Below are positions 37,151 through 47,440 of a DNA stretch of 64,000 nt, piece after piece. The stretch's first letter is position 1. Each line of letters begins with the position of its first letter. A program made the translations under genes and the position numbers. A model generated the notes under the pieces. That model ran no database searches. It worked only from the letters and a program-made list of their open reading frames with translations, and was not told the origin of the DNA. This DNA comes from a virus (Duplodnaviria > Caudoviricetes): positions 53,887 to 117,886 of the IMG/VR virus record IMGVR_UViG_3300031867_000013; one strand, 5' to 3'.

Positions 37151-39472
37151 TTATTTTTTGACTAAATTATGATTTTCGTCAAATGATAAGGATTCTCCAT
37201 ACCAATGCTCTGCAATTTCTACATCACAAGACAAAGGCACTAACAAATCGTGTCCTGCATCTTTAGAACACTGTTCAATAAGTTTAGCACATTCATAAGC
37301 ATGTTCCTTTGGTACACTACACAAAGTTTCATCATGAATAGACATTTGCAATTCACAACCAAGTTCTTGTAAGCGTTTATTATTCATAATATTACGCATT
37401 GCTCTTAATGTTATTACAGCCGCACCACCTTGAATACAGAAATTGATAATATTACGGCGTTTATCTGCTTTTATCTTTTCATTATTTTTTATTATTATTC
37501 CTTTTTGTTTTGCCATATTTATTATCTTTTCTTTATCCTCACGCCATCGTGCTTGTTGTAATTTACCTAAATATAGATTGGTATAATATTTCTTTGTACT
37601 TTCTACATTATCACTAAATTCTATATCAATAGGAAATTCAAATTCATATTGAGGATATAATAATTCGGGTAATCTTCTTCTCCTACCAAACATATTATCA
37701 ACATATCCCACTTTAATAGCCTTTTCTTCTGTTTCTTTCATCCATTTAGCCATATCGGGATATGCTGTTAATACTGCATCATATATACTTTGTGCTTTTT
37801 TTATTCCTTCTTCTGTTGTACCATATCCTAAATCTTCACTTAATGTTTTTACACCTTTGCTATACATTAAAGACAAAGTAACTTTTTTAGCATTACTTCT
37901 TCTTTCTTTTCCTTCTTTATTTGTAGTTCCGTCAGCATAATGCTCTAAACATTCTTCATAAGGTAAATTATACATCATAGAAGCTATTTGAGAATAAATA
38001 TCTAATCCACTATGGAACGCTTCTACAAGTTTTGGGTCTTTAGAAGTAGATGCTAATATACAAGGTTCTTGTTTACTAAAATCACAACTAATATATACTC
38101 TATTTTCTCCTGCATAGAACATTTGCCGTATATCTTTTAAATGCGAAGGTATATTTTGTTGATTAGGATTAGACGATGATAGCCTCCCCGTATCTGTGCC
38201 TGTAAGATTAAGATTAGAAAATATCTTACCACCATGTAATGTTGCATCTTCTGTTAATTTATCTATAAAACTACCTATAACTTTATCATAGGTCTTTACA
38301 TTTAATAAACATTGTGCAATAGTTCTTATAGGTTTATTATTAAATTTTTCTAAATGCAAAATAGAATTTATTACATTTTTTCCTGTTCCTGTTGGCTCTT
38401 TTCTATATACTACCCCTATTTTAGCTATCTCATAAAATAATACTTTAATTTGTTCGGGACTATTATAGTTCAATGGGTATTCTAATGGCTTTTCTTTATG
38501 GGTTTTATTATATTCCATTATATCATCTTTATAAAACTCTAATGCTTTATTAAACTCTTTTTCTGCTTCTTCTTTTAATTTTGTATATTTTATTTTTAAT
38601 TCTTTTGCTTTCTTAAAATCAAATGGCATACCATATAATTTCATTTGCACTAATACAGGTATCATTGGCAACAATTCTGTATGATATAAATTAGCTACTC
38701 TTTCTAATTTATATTCTGCACATTCTTCTGTTCCTGCGGTAAGATACGGTTTCTGAAACATATATAAATCATAAGTCATTTTTGCGTCTTTTGCCGCATA
38801 AGACATAAATATATCATAGGGAACATAACAAGCAGGAATCCCATCGAAAAGTTCCCCAAAATAATGTGCTTCTCCCTGCTGATGTACATACTTTATATAT
38901 AAATCTTTTAGACTATGGCTTTCATTCTCATTTAATGCGTGTCCTGAAACTAATGTGTCCCAATATACATTTAACATTATTCCTGTATTTTGATATATTA
39001 CTACTAAATCATAATAAGCATTATGAAATATAAGTTTACTATCTTTAATTATATTTAATCCTTCTTTGATTGCTTCTATAGATACTTGTGGCTCTATTTT
39101 TTGCTCTGTAATTACACTTATATGTCCTACAGGCACATAAGCAGGCTTTTGAGATTTACTATAAATACACACACCAACTAAATGTGCAAGAATAGAATCT
39201 AATGAATCTGTTTCTGTATCTATTGCTATATATTCATCTTCTTTAGCTTTCTTACAATATTCTATCCATTCTTCATCTGTTGTAATTAATTGATAATCAT
39301 TTATATGTTCACCTAATGTTTCTTTTACTTTTTGTTTTATTGCATTTAATTTAGCTAAAAGACTTGTTCCTTTTAACTTTATTGTAGGCTTTATATCTTT
39401 TTGTTCTTTTGTCTTTCGCATTATTGCTTCTATATTATCTGTTGGTCTTTCTTGTAATTTAAATAAAGCCAT
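37151..39472 (-). CDS. polA: DNA polymerase family A with 3'-5' exonuclease
   Basis: DTET and FHNA.YD exonuclease; TGRLSSSNPNQQNIP, DFSKQEP, R..AKKVTLSLMY, IQG.AA, IHDE. Confidence 0.92.
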   Translation of the reverse strand: MALFKLQERPTDNIEAIMRKTKEQKDIKPTIKLKGTSLLAKLNAIKQKVKETLGEHINDYQLITTDEEWIEYCKKAKEDEYIAIDTETDSLDSILAHLVGVCIYSKSQKPAYVPVGHISVITEQKIEPQVSIEAIKEGLNIIKDSKLIFHNAYYDLVVIYQNTGIMLNVYWDTLVSGHALNENESHSLKDLYIKYVHQQGEAHYFGELFDGIPACYVPYDIFMSYAAKDAKMTYDLYMFQKPYLTAGTEECAEYKLERVANLYHTELLPMIPVLVQMKLYGMPFDFKKAKELKIKYTKLKEEAEKEFNKALEFYKDDIMEYNKTHKEKPLEYPLNYNSPEQIKVLFYEIAKIGVVYRKEPTGTGKNVINSILHLEKFNNKPIRTIAQCLLNVKTYDKVIGSFIDKLTEDATLHGGKIFSNLNLTGTDTGRLSSSNPNQQNIPSHLKDIRQMFYAGENRVYISCDFSKQEPCILASTSKDPKLVEAFHSGLDIYSQIASMMYNLPYEECLEHYADGTTNKEGKERRSNAKKVTLSLMYSKGVKTLSEDLGYGTTEEGIKKAQSIYDAVLTAYPDMAKWMKETEEKAIKVGYVDNMFGRRRRLPELLYPQYEFEFPIDIEFSDNVESTKKYYTNLYLGKLQQARWREDKEKIINMAKQKGIIIKNNEKIKADKRRNIINFCIQGGAAVITLRAMRNIMNNKRLQELGCELQMSIHDETLCSVPKEHAYECAKLIEQCSKDAGHDLLVPLSCDVEIAEHWYGESLSFDENHNLVKK

Positions 39473-39477
39473 ATAGT

Positions 39478-40110
39478 TTACACTTCCTCAATACGATTTT
39501 TAGCTATATTAAAATAATTAGTATCTTTTTCTATTCCAATAAAATCCCTTCCTAAAGTTCTACAAGCTATTCCTGTCGTACCACTTCCCATAAAAGGGTC
39601 TAATACTGTATCTCCCTCATTAGAACTTGCTAATATAAGTTTTTCAAATAGTTCTATTGGCTTTTGTGTTGGATGAAGTTTATTTCTTCCACATGGAAAC
39701 CTAAAGACAGTATTCTTACAATGTTCATTAAATGTTGCTTTTGGGAATTTACCATATACACAACACTCTATACCACTTAACCAGATTTTATCTCCATTCA
39801 TAGGACTAGGATTTGTCTTTTCCCATATACAAAGCCTTGTACTCATTTTATTCTGTACCATTGTTTTACGAATATCTGATACTTGCTCTGTACCACAAAA
39901 TATATAAATACTTCCTTTTGTTACTTTACATAACATATTTACAAGTTCAATTAAATCAAATGTCACAATATCTGCTTTGTCTTTATCTAAATTACGTAGC
40001 CCATTAGACTTTCTGTTTACTTCTCCATAAGGTATATCTGTTAAAGTTAAATCTGCTATTTTATATTTATCTTTTAAAATATCAAAACAATCTGCATTAT
40101 ATAGTTCCAT
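39478..40110 (-). CDS. N4-C/N6-A DNA methyltransferase (beta class)
   Basis: TDIPY catalytic motif, HPTQKP, VLDPFMGSGTTG. Confidence 0.85.
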   Translation of the reverse strand: MELYNADCFDILKDKYKIADLTLTDIPYGEVNRKSNGLRNLDKDKADIVTFDLIELVNMLCKVTKGSIYIFCGTEQVSDIRKTMVQNKMSTRLCIWEKTNPSPMNGDKIWLSGIECCVYGKFPKATFNEHCKNTVFRFPCGRNKLHPTQKPIELFEKLILASSNEGDTVLDPFMGSGTTGIACRTLGRDFIGIEKDTNYFNIAKNRIEEV

Positions 40111-40444
40111 AAAATTACTCCTCATTTCGCAGTAATATAAATATTAAATGTTTCTAAATCTAATTTAACAATTATACGTTTATTCATATATCTATATAGT
40201 TCTACTACACTACTATAATATGTTTTACGCCGACAAAAAGAGAATCCTAAATCATTTAATACTACTCTTACTGTAGTTAATTCATATAATTTATCAAATC
40301 TATCTAATACATATTCTGTACCTCTATGGTCGATTGCTTTATAAATAATATCTTGTATAGTTTCTTTCATGCTAGTATATTCATCCAATACATATCATTC
40401 CTTCCTTATACAGCAGAAAAAAGCCCTATATGGGCTTAATTCTG

Positions 40445-40840
40445 TTAATCAATCCGCGCTACTTCAAGGATTCGCACTTGTGCTTTCCTGCAAGCCTTAT
40501 AAAGTTCTTTTAGGTCTACTACGTGCTTTATATTTGTAATACCAATCCAATCACCTTTAGCACGGTCTCTAAGATAATAAGATTCAATAACCTTTTCTTT
40601 ATTTGTCTTTAGTACAAAATGAGAATCACCACATTCATCTTCAACTTTTTCTACTTCGTCCTTAAAATATTCATTTTGTTCCATTGGTTTAAGTTTACAA
40701 TTATAATCTTTAAATACCCTATCTGTTACTTCACCAAAATCATAAATTCCTTTGAGTTTCTCATAAACATCTTTATTAATAGCTTCATCAAATTCTACCA
40801 ATGCAATCATTTTTAATCCCTCCACTTGTTTGTCTGCCAT
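40445..40840 (-). CDS. hypothetical protein
   Basis: ORF in the - strand operon. Confidence 0.5.
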   Translation of the reverse strand: MADKQVEGLKMIALVEFDEAINKDVYEKLKGIYDFGEVTDRVFKDYNCKLKPMEQNEYFKDEVEKVEDECGDSHFVLKTNKEKVIESYYLRDRAKGDWIGITNIKHVVDLKELYKACRKAQVRILEVARID

Positions 40841-40959
40841 ATCTCATTGCTCTGTCGAGGTCAGCTTGTGTTTTCGCGCACAAGATTTTTCCTATCGTGT
40901 CTTTATTATAGCACAATTCATGTGCAATAGTCAAGGTATTTCTTTGCGCTTTTTGCAAA

Positions 40960-41274
40960 TTAAATACAGCTTTGCTCATACATAATTTCATCTCCTTTAA
41001 AATTATTTTCTTCTAATTCCCACGTAGATTTACGAACTAATGCCTTTGGTAATTCATTTGTTTCTTTGATATTATCATCGGGTATATGAAACCTTGTACC
41101 ATCAATCGGACATTTATATACATTATGATTAAATTCTCTATAAGTATAATCAAAATACTCATCTTCATTAATATCATCTGCTTTAAACCAATTATTACAT
41201 TTAGGGCATTGTACCCTAGCACAACGAATCCTTTTAGGTTCATATATTACTGCCGCAGTTCCTTCTTCTAACAC
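40960..41274 (-). CDS. zinc-ribbon hypothetical protein
   Basis: CPKC...CP. Confidence 0.5.
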   Translation of the reverse strand: MLEEGTAAVIYEPKRIRCARVQCPKCNNWFKADDINEDEYFDYTYREFNHNVYKCPIDGTRFHIPDDNIKETNELPKALVRKSTWELEENNFKGDEIMYEQSCI

Positions 41275-41517
41275 AATTAATTTTCCCCCTTTACAAAAAA
41301 TGACTTTAATTCAGCTTTTGTAACATCAAACGAAGCATAAGACGCATCTAACCAAATTCTTCCTTTTCTTGTAAGACAACAATATGGTTGTGTTCTACAA
41401 ATTGTACCTCTAAAAATTTTATTATGATGCCAATGATGCCCTGTTGGTATAAAATCTTTTACACATATATACGTTATCATATTTATACTTCCTTTTATTA
41501 TCTTTATTTCATTTCAT

Positions 41518-41805
41518 TTATACTGCTTTAATATCCTTTACATATTCAATAGTACCATCTGCAATCATTTCAAACACAATGTCAATCTTTGCACACATAT
41601 CCATTTCAGTTTCATCATCTGAATATGCATATACAAACATTTCATTTTCTGCATGAACCGTATTATATGGATTTACCAACAATGAAATACAATTCTCATT
41701 ATCTTCATTTACAAGTATTAGTTCCCAAATAGCACCGTCCTCCCAATCATGGAGTTTCTTAAATCCATGCTTTTCAAGTTTCTCAAAATCTTTGACAATC
41801 AACAT
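41518..41805 (-). CDS. acidic hypothetical protein
   Basis: AAAGGAGATGTT RBS; promoter at about 41866-41894. Confidence 0.6.
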   Translation of the reverse strand: MLIVKDFEKLEKHGFKKLHDWEDGAIWELILVNEDNENCISLLVNPYNTVHAENEMFVYAYSDDETEMDMCAKIDIVFEMIADGTIEYVKDIKAV

Positions 41806-41949
41806 TTTAACATCTCCTTTTCTTAACCTTCGATTTGGCGTTGTTTTATCCTTCGATTTGTCTATATAATAACATAATTTTTCTTATTTGTCAATACGTA
41901 AAATTAAAAAAGTGGAGATTTTTTTTAATCCCCACTTTTGTATCTTATA

Positions 41950-42720
41950 TTAAAAACCGTGATTGCTCCTACGATTGCGCGGCTTTACTTCTTCTTCCTT
42001 TGTTTCTTCCTTTTCTTCCTTATTACTCCCCAAAGAAGGATAAACAGAAGGATTTTCAAGAAACATCTCTACTTGCTCTGCTGTCCAAGTACGAATCAAA
42101 GAATCAGTACGACCACAAATATCATCTGCCTTGACTTCAAAATCAGATTTAAGGTCATCAATAGACTTTGTAGCAAGTTCATAAAGTTCACTTGACTTAT
42201 CTGTTACTGACTTTTCATCAAAGTCCTTCTTTGCTTCATACAAATTATAGGAAACACGTGTGTCCCCCTTCTTACCAGCACGTTCGATTTCAACCATATT
42301 ATTAAGGTCATTACGCTTAATAAATGGTGCGAGTGTATTCTTATAATAATTTGTACTGCGTGTAAATACTTTATATTGTGGCTTTACACTACCATCTACA
42401 TCATATGCCGCAATAAGAGGAAGATAAATATTATCCCTTGCCCTTGATACTAATGGCATCTTTTCATCAGTATGGTTTACGGCTTCTTTACATAAAGGAC
42501 AATTATCACCAAGACAATCTACTTGAATAAGATAAGACTGTCCCCCCTTTGAAGTCATACGAATCATATGTACTGCGTGTACTTCAATATCATTTGGGTC
42601 ATTAAATAGAAAGCGTACAATATTACTTTCTCCGTCATTCTTCAAGAAAAATTCATTGATAAAATTGAAATTGCTACGATTCTCTGCTCTTGTCTGTGCT
42701 TCATTTAATGTCATTCTCAT
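41950..42720 (-). CDS. ssb: single-stranded DNA-binding protein (gp32-like)
   Basis: FFLKNDGE..IVRFL, H...C...CPLC zinc site, IER.G..GDT..Y, charged tail; next to primase. Confidence 0.7.
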   Translation of the reverse strand: MRMTLNEAQTRAENRSNFNFINEFFLKNDGESNIVRFLFNDPNDIEVHAVHMIRMTSKGGQSYLIQVDCLGDNCPLCKEAVNHTDEKMPLVSRARDNIYLPLIAAYDVDGSVKPQYKVFTRSTNYYKNTLAPFIKRNDLNNMVEIERAGKKGDTRVSYNLYEAKKDFDEKSVTDKSSELYELATKSIDDLKSDFEVKADDICGRTDSLIRTWTAEQVEMFLENPSVYPSLGSNKEEKEETKEEEVKPRNRRSNHGF

Positions 42721-42921
42721 AATTAATTACCTCTTTCTTCTATTTCTTTTTCTTCTTCTACTTCTAGTTGTGTAATACTGATATTAGATTTAGTTTCAAA
42801 TTCATCTGACATTTCATCTTCACCTAATGCCTCTCTAAATGTTTTGAGAAGTTCTGCTTCAAGGCGAGATTTAATTTCAGAAATATTAGGATGTGTATAG
42901 TTCTTTAACTTCATATCCAAT

Positions 42922-43989
42922 TCAATTTCCACTTTCATTTTTGCTGTAATCATTCATAAATTCCTCTTTTGTTTGTATTACTATTCTTCTCATATATTCT
43001 TCTTTGTCTAACGTAGCTAAGTCATTAATATCAATTCCTTTCTCTTTTATTTTATGTACTAAAAGCAAATGAGTATTTTCAAGTGCTTTTATTAGCTTAA
43101 AATTACCATGACTTCCTGCACTGTCATTATCCATACATAAAATATATTTCTTATATGGAAGATGTTTAAGTAATTTATATTGTTCTTTTGAACCTGTACC
43201 TAATAGTGCAATAGATGGTAAGCCCCATTTTTCTAATGTAATTGCATTTAACATACTTTCGCATATATACAGTACATTTGTATCTGCATGATATTTTTGT
43301 GCTTCATATATGCCGTATAAAGTTTTATTTGTACCATAGTCATAATGATATAATTTATGTTTTATTGCTCTACGTGCTACAAATAATGTATTACCATTTA
43401 TATCACGCACAGGAAATGTTATACATTCAAACGGTTTAGATTTTTCATTTAGTCTAAAAGATTTATCATACCCTATATCATATTTTTCTATTAGTTCATC
43501 TGTTAATCCACGTTTATACATATAAGGATGAATATATCTATATTGCTCTAATTCTTCTTCTGATATATATTTTATTTCTTGTGTTTCATGTTCCTGTAGT
43601 TTCTTAAAATATTTATCTCTTTGCTCTACTTCAAAATTAGCATAATGGTCTAGTAACCATTTACGACCATATTCTCCCTTATCATTTTTGCCGAAACAAA
43701 AAGATATAAGAGAATCAATAGTCATTTTAGACTTACAGCTAAAACAATACATAAATCCTGCGGGAATAACTTTATCTCCTTTATGCTTTTCTCTTGTTGT
43801 TATACTAGCACTAGGATGTTGTTCCTTACCATTATTATGTACAGGACAAGAAATAATAATATCGCTATAAGAATGGGGCGGTTTAATGGTATGAAGTAAA
43901 TGACTACCACTATATTTTAATTCTGCCTGTAAATCCAACAAAATCTGATATATTGGAGTTAAAATTAAATTTCCATTTACTTCTATCAT
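42922..43989 (-). CDS. dnaG: DNA primase
   Basis: CPVH...E..PS...CFSC zinc finger, TFPVRD..G, TOPRIM CES...LGT...MDNDSAG...DIND. Confidence 0.88.
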   Translation of the reverse strand: MIEVNGNLILTPIYQILLDLQAELKYSGSHLLHTIKPPHSYSDIIISCPVHNNGKEQHPSASITTREKHKGDKVIPAGFMYCFSCKSKMTIDSLISFCFGKNDKGEYGRKWLLDHYANFEVEQRDKYFKKLQEHETQEIKYISEEELEQYRYIHPYMYKRGLTDELIEKYDIGYDKSFRLNEKSKPFECITFPVRDINGNTLFVARRAIKHKLYHYDYGTNKTLYGIYEAQKYHADTNVLYICESMLNAITLEKWGLPSIALLGTGSKEQYKLLKHLPYKKYILCMDNDSAGSHGNFKLIKALENTHLLLVHKIKEKGIDINDLATLDKEEYMRRIVIQTKEEFMNDYSKNESGN

Positions 43990-44023
43990 CTTTACCGCCC
44001 CTATTATAGCACATAAAATTTTA

Positions 44024-44197
44024 TTAGTCAAGAGTTATTTTTGATTTTTCTGCGTGTTTGCATTTTGTGTAATCTTTATAGTCGCATAAATGACACCTAT
44101 ATTCACACGGTTCTTTTGTACATTCATAACAACATACATCAAGGTCACAATCTTTTGCAACTATATTACAATACTGTGGTGGTGTATAACCAATCAT
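44024..44197 (-). CDS. 57-aa Cys-rich peptide (9 Cys)
   Basis: AGGTAGGTGA RBS; ORF MIGYTPPQYCNIVAKDCDLDVCCYECTKEPCEYRCHLC... Confidence 0.5.
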   Translation of the reverse strand: MIGYTPPQYCNIVAKDCDLDVCCYECTKEPCEYRCHLCDYKDYTKCKHAEKSKITLD

Positions 44198-44227
44198 ATA
44201 ATCACCTACCTTATAATTTATTTATCC

Positions 44228-46276
44228 TTAAAATAATTCTGATTTTGTTGCTTTAATCTTATCAATTACAAACTTATGTAAAATCCTAAAATCTATCTTT
44301 GGTTCTTTATATTTCCTTACCATATTGAAACATTCTTCTGTAATAAAAGTATGCCAAAAGATACCTAAAAATCTAGGAATACATTTAGAATCCCATTTAC
44401 CGCCATTATCATTTAAAATCTTATTGTATTCTTTTTCAATAAGTTCGGGAGTACATAAATCATTAGTTATCTTTTCTTCAATACTATCTACGTCCATAGG
44501 TAATTTAGCTTTATGTGCTATCTTAAATGCACTTCTAACTATCTTAGCCCATGTAATACGTCCATACTGATTACAAAAGTCAACACGCTTTATAACGATT
44601 CCCTCGCCAGGCTTATTATCTTTCATAAGATATGTACATTTATCAACATATTCTTGTACTTCTTCTTCTGTAGGGCTATCAAGTTTAGCCAACAAAGGAA
44701 TATATTTAATATCAAATTCTTCAAGCAAAGGTACATATTCTTCGTATGTAAGATAACGCATTTTACCTTCTTCATTATATTCAATTACATCAAAGATATA
44801 TATCTTTCTCCATGCGTCATCTTCATAATCTTTAATGCTATTTTTTATTAACCACTCACCATAAAGCCTATGATTAGGATGTTTCCTAAGATATTGTTCA
44901 AATTTAGGCTGACTTATTACATACGCCATACAACCTTGATTATCCTCTATAAGTGTTAATGCGCGATTACGTGAACCTACTTTAAGTTCTCCATCATCAT
45001 TCAAATATATAGTTGCATTAGAATTATGTACTAAAACACAATTTGCAAAGTAATTATGATTATCTTCTACTTCAATATCATACTTCCAAAAAGACTTATT
45101 TACACTTCCAAATCTATGTTTTCTAAACGTATCTTTTGAAATAGATTCTATAGATACAATATTATTTTCCAATATAATAATATCTGAACTTGTATCTACT
45201 TTATAATCATATTTTCCTCTATATTCTTCTGGTAATTTATATTGCATAGAAGGAATAACATACTTACAAATATCAGAAAAAAACTTTTCTGCTGATTCTT
45301 GCATTAAACTAAGAAAATAAAATGTCTTTCCTGTAGATTTTTTAGTAGAAGAATGAATATGAAACTTATATCCGCGAGAAGCCAAAAACTGCTGAAAAAT
45401 AAGATTTTCTTCATAAGTATAACCCTGTGTATGTAACATGGCAGTATCGTGTCCTACACGCTTAGTTAAACTACCATCGTCCATATACCACATAGCAATA
45501 CCTAAACTATCAAGTTCTTGTAACCAATCTAAAGAAATAATTTTCTTTTTATTATGAAAAACTTTTTTATAAATAATTTCAGTAGCTTTATTTATTGTAC
45601 TAACTGCTCGATATTTAGTAGCATCTTCAACATATCCATTAACGTGTTCTTGTTTTGAAAAAGTACCACCTAAAACATCTGCCTTAAATTTGGCGTGTTC
45701 TTTTTGTTTTTCTCCATATGTAAATGAAATACCATGATTACACCCTTCCTTTAATTTAGATGGACAAGGCGAACCATCACCCAAAAACCCACTTAATAAT
45801 GCTTGCTTTGCTCCATGTGAAATGTCTCTAACAGCAATTAAAACAACATCATCAACTAAAAGATTTTCTGCTGATATTTCTACAATTTTATTATTCCTCT
45901 TAACAAAAACATTATGATTTTTAGTAATATAAATAGAATTATGTCTTGATTGTTTACCGTTTACAATAGGACGCATACTTTTAATTGTAATTTTTAACCA
46001 ATTATTCGCTGTTTCTTCTGAAACTTCTTGTTTATATTTATAAACATTTAATACTTTCTTTTCTTCAATACACTTTTTATCAAAATTATATGACAAAACC
46101 CTATCTCCAATTTGTATATCTTTAATAAGTTTTGTATCTCCATTTTCCATTGCTATATTCGTTACAGCAGAAAAACAACCATCTAGTTTCGGAAAAATAT
46201 AAACTGTACCATTCAAAATACCCTCTGTTTCAGAATCATTTAGCTTACAAATATGTTGGTATCGTTCATATTTCAT
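44228..46276 (-). CDS. RNA ligase (Rnl2-like nucleotidyltransferase) interrupted by an intein
   Basis: PKLDG|...|SNA...GSRNR...LYGEW...FDV...GEGIVIK...AKIV. Confidence 0.85.
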   Translation of the reverse strand: MKYERYQHICKLNDSETEGILNGTVYIFPKLDGCFSAVTNIAMENGDTKLIKDIQIGDRVLSYNFDKKCIEEKKVLNVYKYKQEVSEETANNWLKITIKSMRPIVNGKQSRHNSIYITKNHNVFVKRNNKIVEISAENLLVDDVVLIAVRDISHGAKQALLSGFLGDGSPCPSKLKEGCNHGISFTYGEKQKEHAKFKADVLGGTFSKQEHVNGYVEDATKYRAVSTINKATEIIYKKVFHNKKKIISLDWLQELDSLGIAMWYMDDGSLTKRVGHDTAMLHTQGYTYEENLIFQQFLASRGYKFHIHSSTKKSTGKTFYFLSLMQESAEKFFSDICKYVIPSMQYKLPEEYRGKYDYKVDTSSDIIILENNIVSIESISKDTFRKHRFGSVNKSFWKYDIEVEDNHNYFANCVLVHNSNATIYLNDDGELKVGSRNRALTLIEDNQGCMAYVISQPKFEQYLRKHPNHRLYGEWLIKNSIKDYEDDAWRKIYIFDVIEYNEEGKMRYLTYEEYVPLLEEFDIKYIPLLAKLDSPTEEEVQEYVDKCTYLMKDNKPGEGIVIKRVDFCNQYGRITWAKIVRSAFKIAHKAKLPMDVDSIEEKITNDLCTPELIEKEYNKILNDNGGKWDSKCIPRFLGIFWHTFITEECFNMVRKYKEPKIDFRILHKFVIDKIKATKSELF
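45023..46177 (-). mobile_element. 385-aa intein with LAGLIDADG homing endonuclease
   Basis: starts CFS, block B TKNH, LLSGFLGDGS and WYMDDGS, ends YDIEVEDNHNYFANCVLVHN followed by Ser. Confidence 0.92.
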
Positions 46277-46288
46277 ATGTATCGCTCC

Positions 46289-46579
46289 TTATACTTCATT
46301 AAACATAATCTTAAATGTTTCTTCATCCATTACATGAATACCATCGTGTAATTTAATTACATAATCATCTACTTTTATATGTAATGGAATACTATCTTTA
46401 TCTCTCTTGTAATATAATTCTGTCGGGGGCAAAAATGGTTTCTCTGCATAGAAATATAGTTTTCCTAATTGATATAAATATACCGCCCAATCGGGTACAA
46501 TCCATTTTCCCTTATTATCCATTAAGTCCCCTTGATATTGAAATGCACAAAATTCATGTATTACAGGTCTATAAACCAT
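46289..46579 (-). CDS. conserved phage hypothetical protein
   Basis: AFQYxGDL...VPDWA motif; GGGGG RBS. Confidence 0.55.
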   Translation of the reverse strand: MVYRPVIHEFCAFQYQGDLMDNKGKWIVPDWAVYLYQLGKLYFYAEKPFLPPTELYYKRDKDSIPLHIKVDDYVIKLHDGIHVMDEETFKIMFNEV

Positions 46580-46599
46580 ATATATTACCCCCTTTCTTC

Positions 46600-46956
46600 T
46601 TAGAGTTCATCTATGGTGTACCATCCACAATTTCTACATTTACATATAGTAAGTTCATCATAATGCTCCTGTAATTTATATTGTGGATAATTACCATATT
46701 GTTCATTATCAAAATTTACATCGTGTACTTTAGCTATATTAAACAGTCTGCTACCACACATAGGACAAGTAAAATGAAACCTAGTATTTTGAAAAGCATT
46801 TACAAAATCTAATGCTTCTTTTAATCTTTTTACTCTTTCTTTATCTTCTTTGAATATACTTGTATGTAATGCTTCATTATATTCTTGTGCTATTGTTTTT
46901 ACTACAGTCTGTCTAATCTTCTTCCACTTACTCCATGTGCCGCCTTTAATATTCAT
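46600..46956 (-). CDS. zinc-ribbon hypothetical protein
   Basis: CPMCG...CRNCG. Confidence 0.5.
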   Translation of the reverse strand: MNIKGGTWSKWKKIRQTVVKTIAQEYNEALHTSIFKEDKERVKRLKEALDFVNAFQNTRFHFTCPMCGSRLFNIAKVHDVNFDNEQYGNYPQYKLQEHYDELTICKCRNCGWYTIDEL

Positions 46957-47440
46957 TATTTATCAACTCTTACAAAATGATAAAAACATACATGAGAACC
47001 ATAATCCCACCATACTTCATTTTCATCTTGTGTTTCTCTTACATATGGCGGTTCAAAGTTATTTTGTTTCCACCAATCTAATACACTTTGTTTTGCTTCT
47101 TGTAATGTATTAAATTTACCATGTTTCTTTGTTACTTTTTTATGGTTTTCATATCCTGTCCACTGTACTTCATACATAATAATTATCTCCTTATATATTA
47201 TTCTGATTTCTTCTTTCTACCGCGCTTTTTCTTTGGTGCTTCTTCCTTTACTTCTTCTGTATGTTCTTCTATATGTTCTTCAACTTTAGGCTGTTCTTCA
47301 TATTTCTTTACAAGTTCTTCCTTAAATTCTCCATTATCAATTTCTTCTAGTGTTCCCTTTCCACCACAATAGAAACAATCTTCTAACATCTTACCAAACA
47401 CTGCACCACATTTACTACACTTAATCATACGTATCACTCC

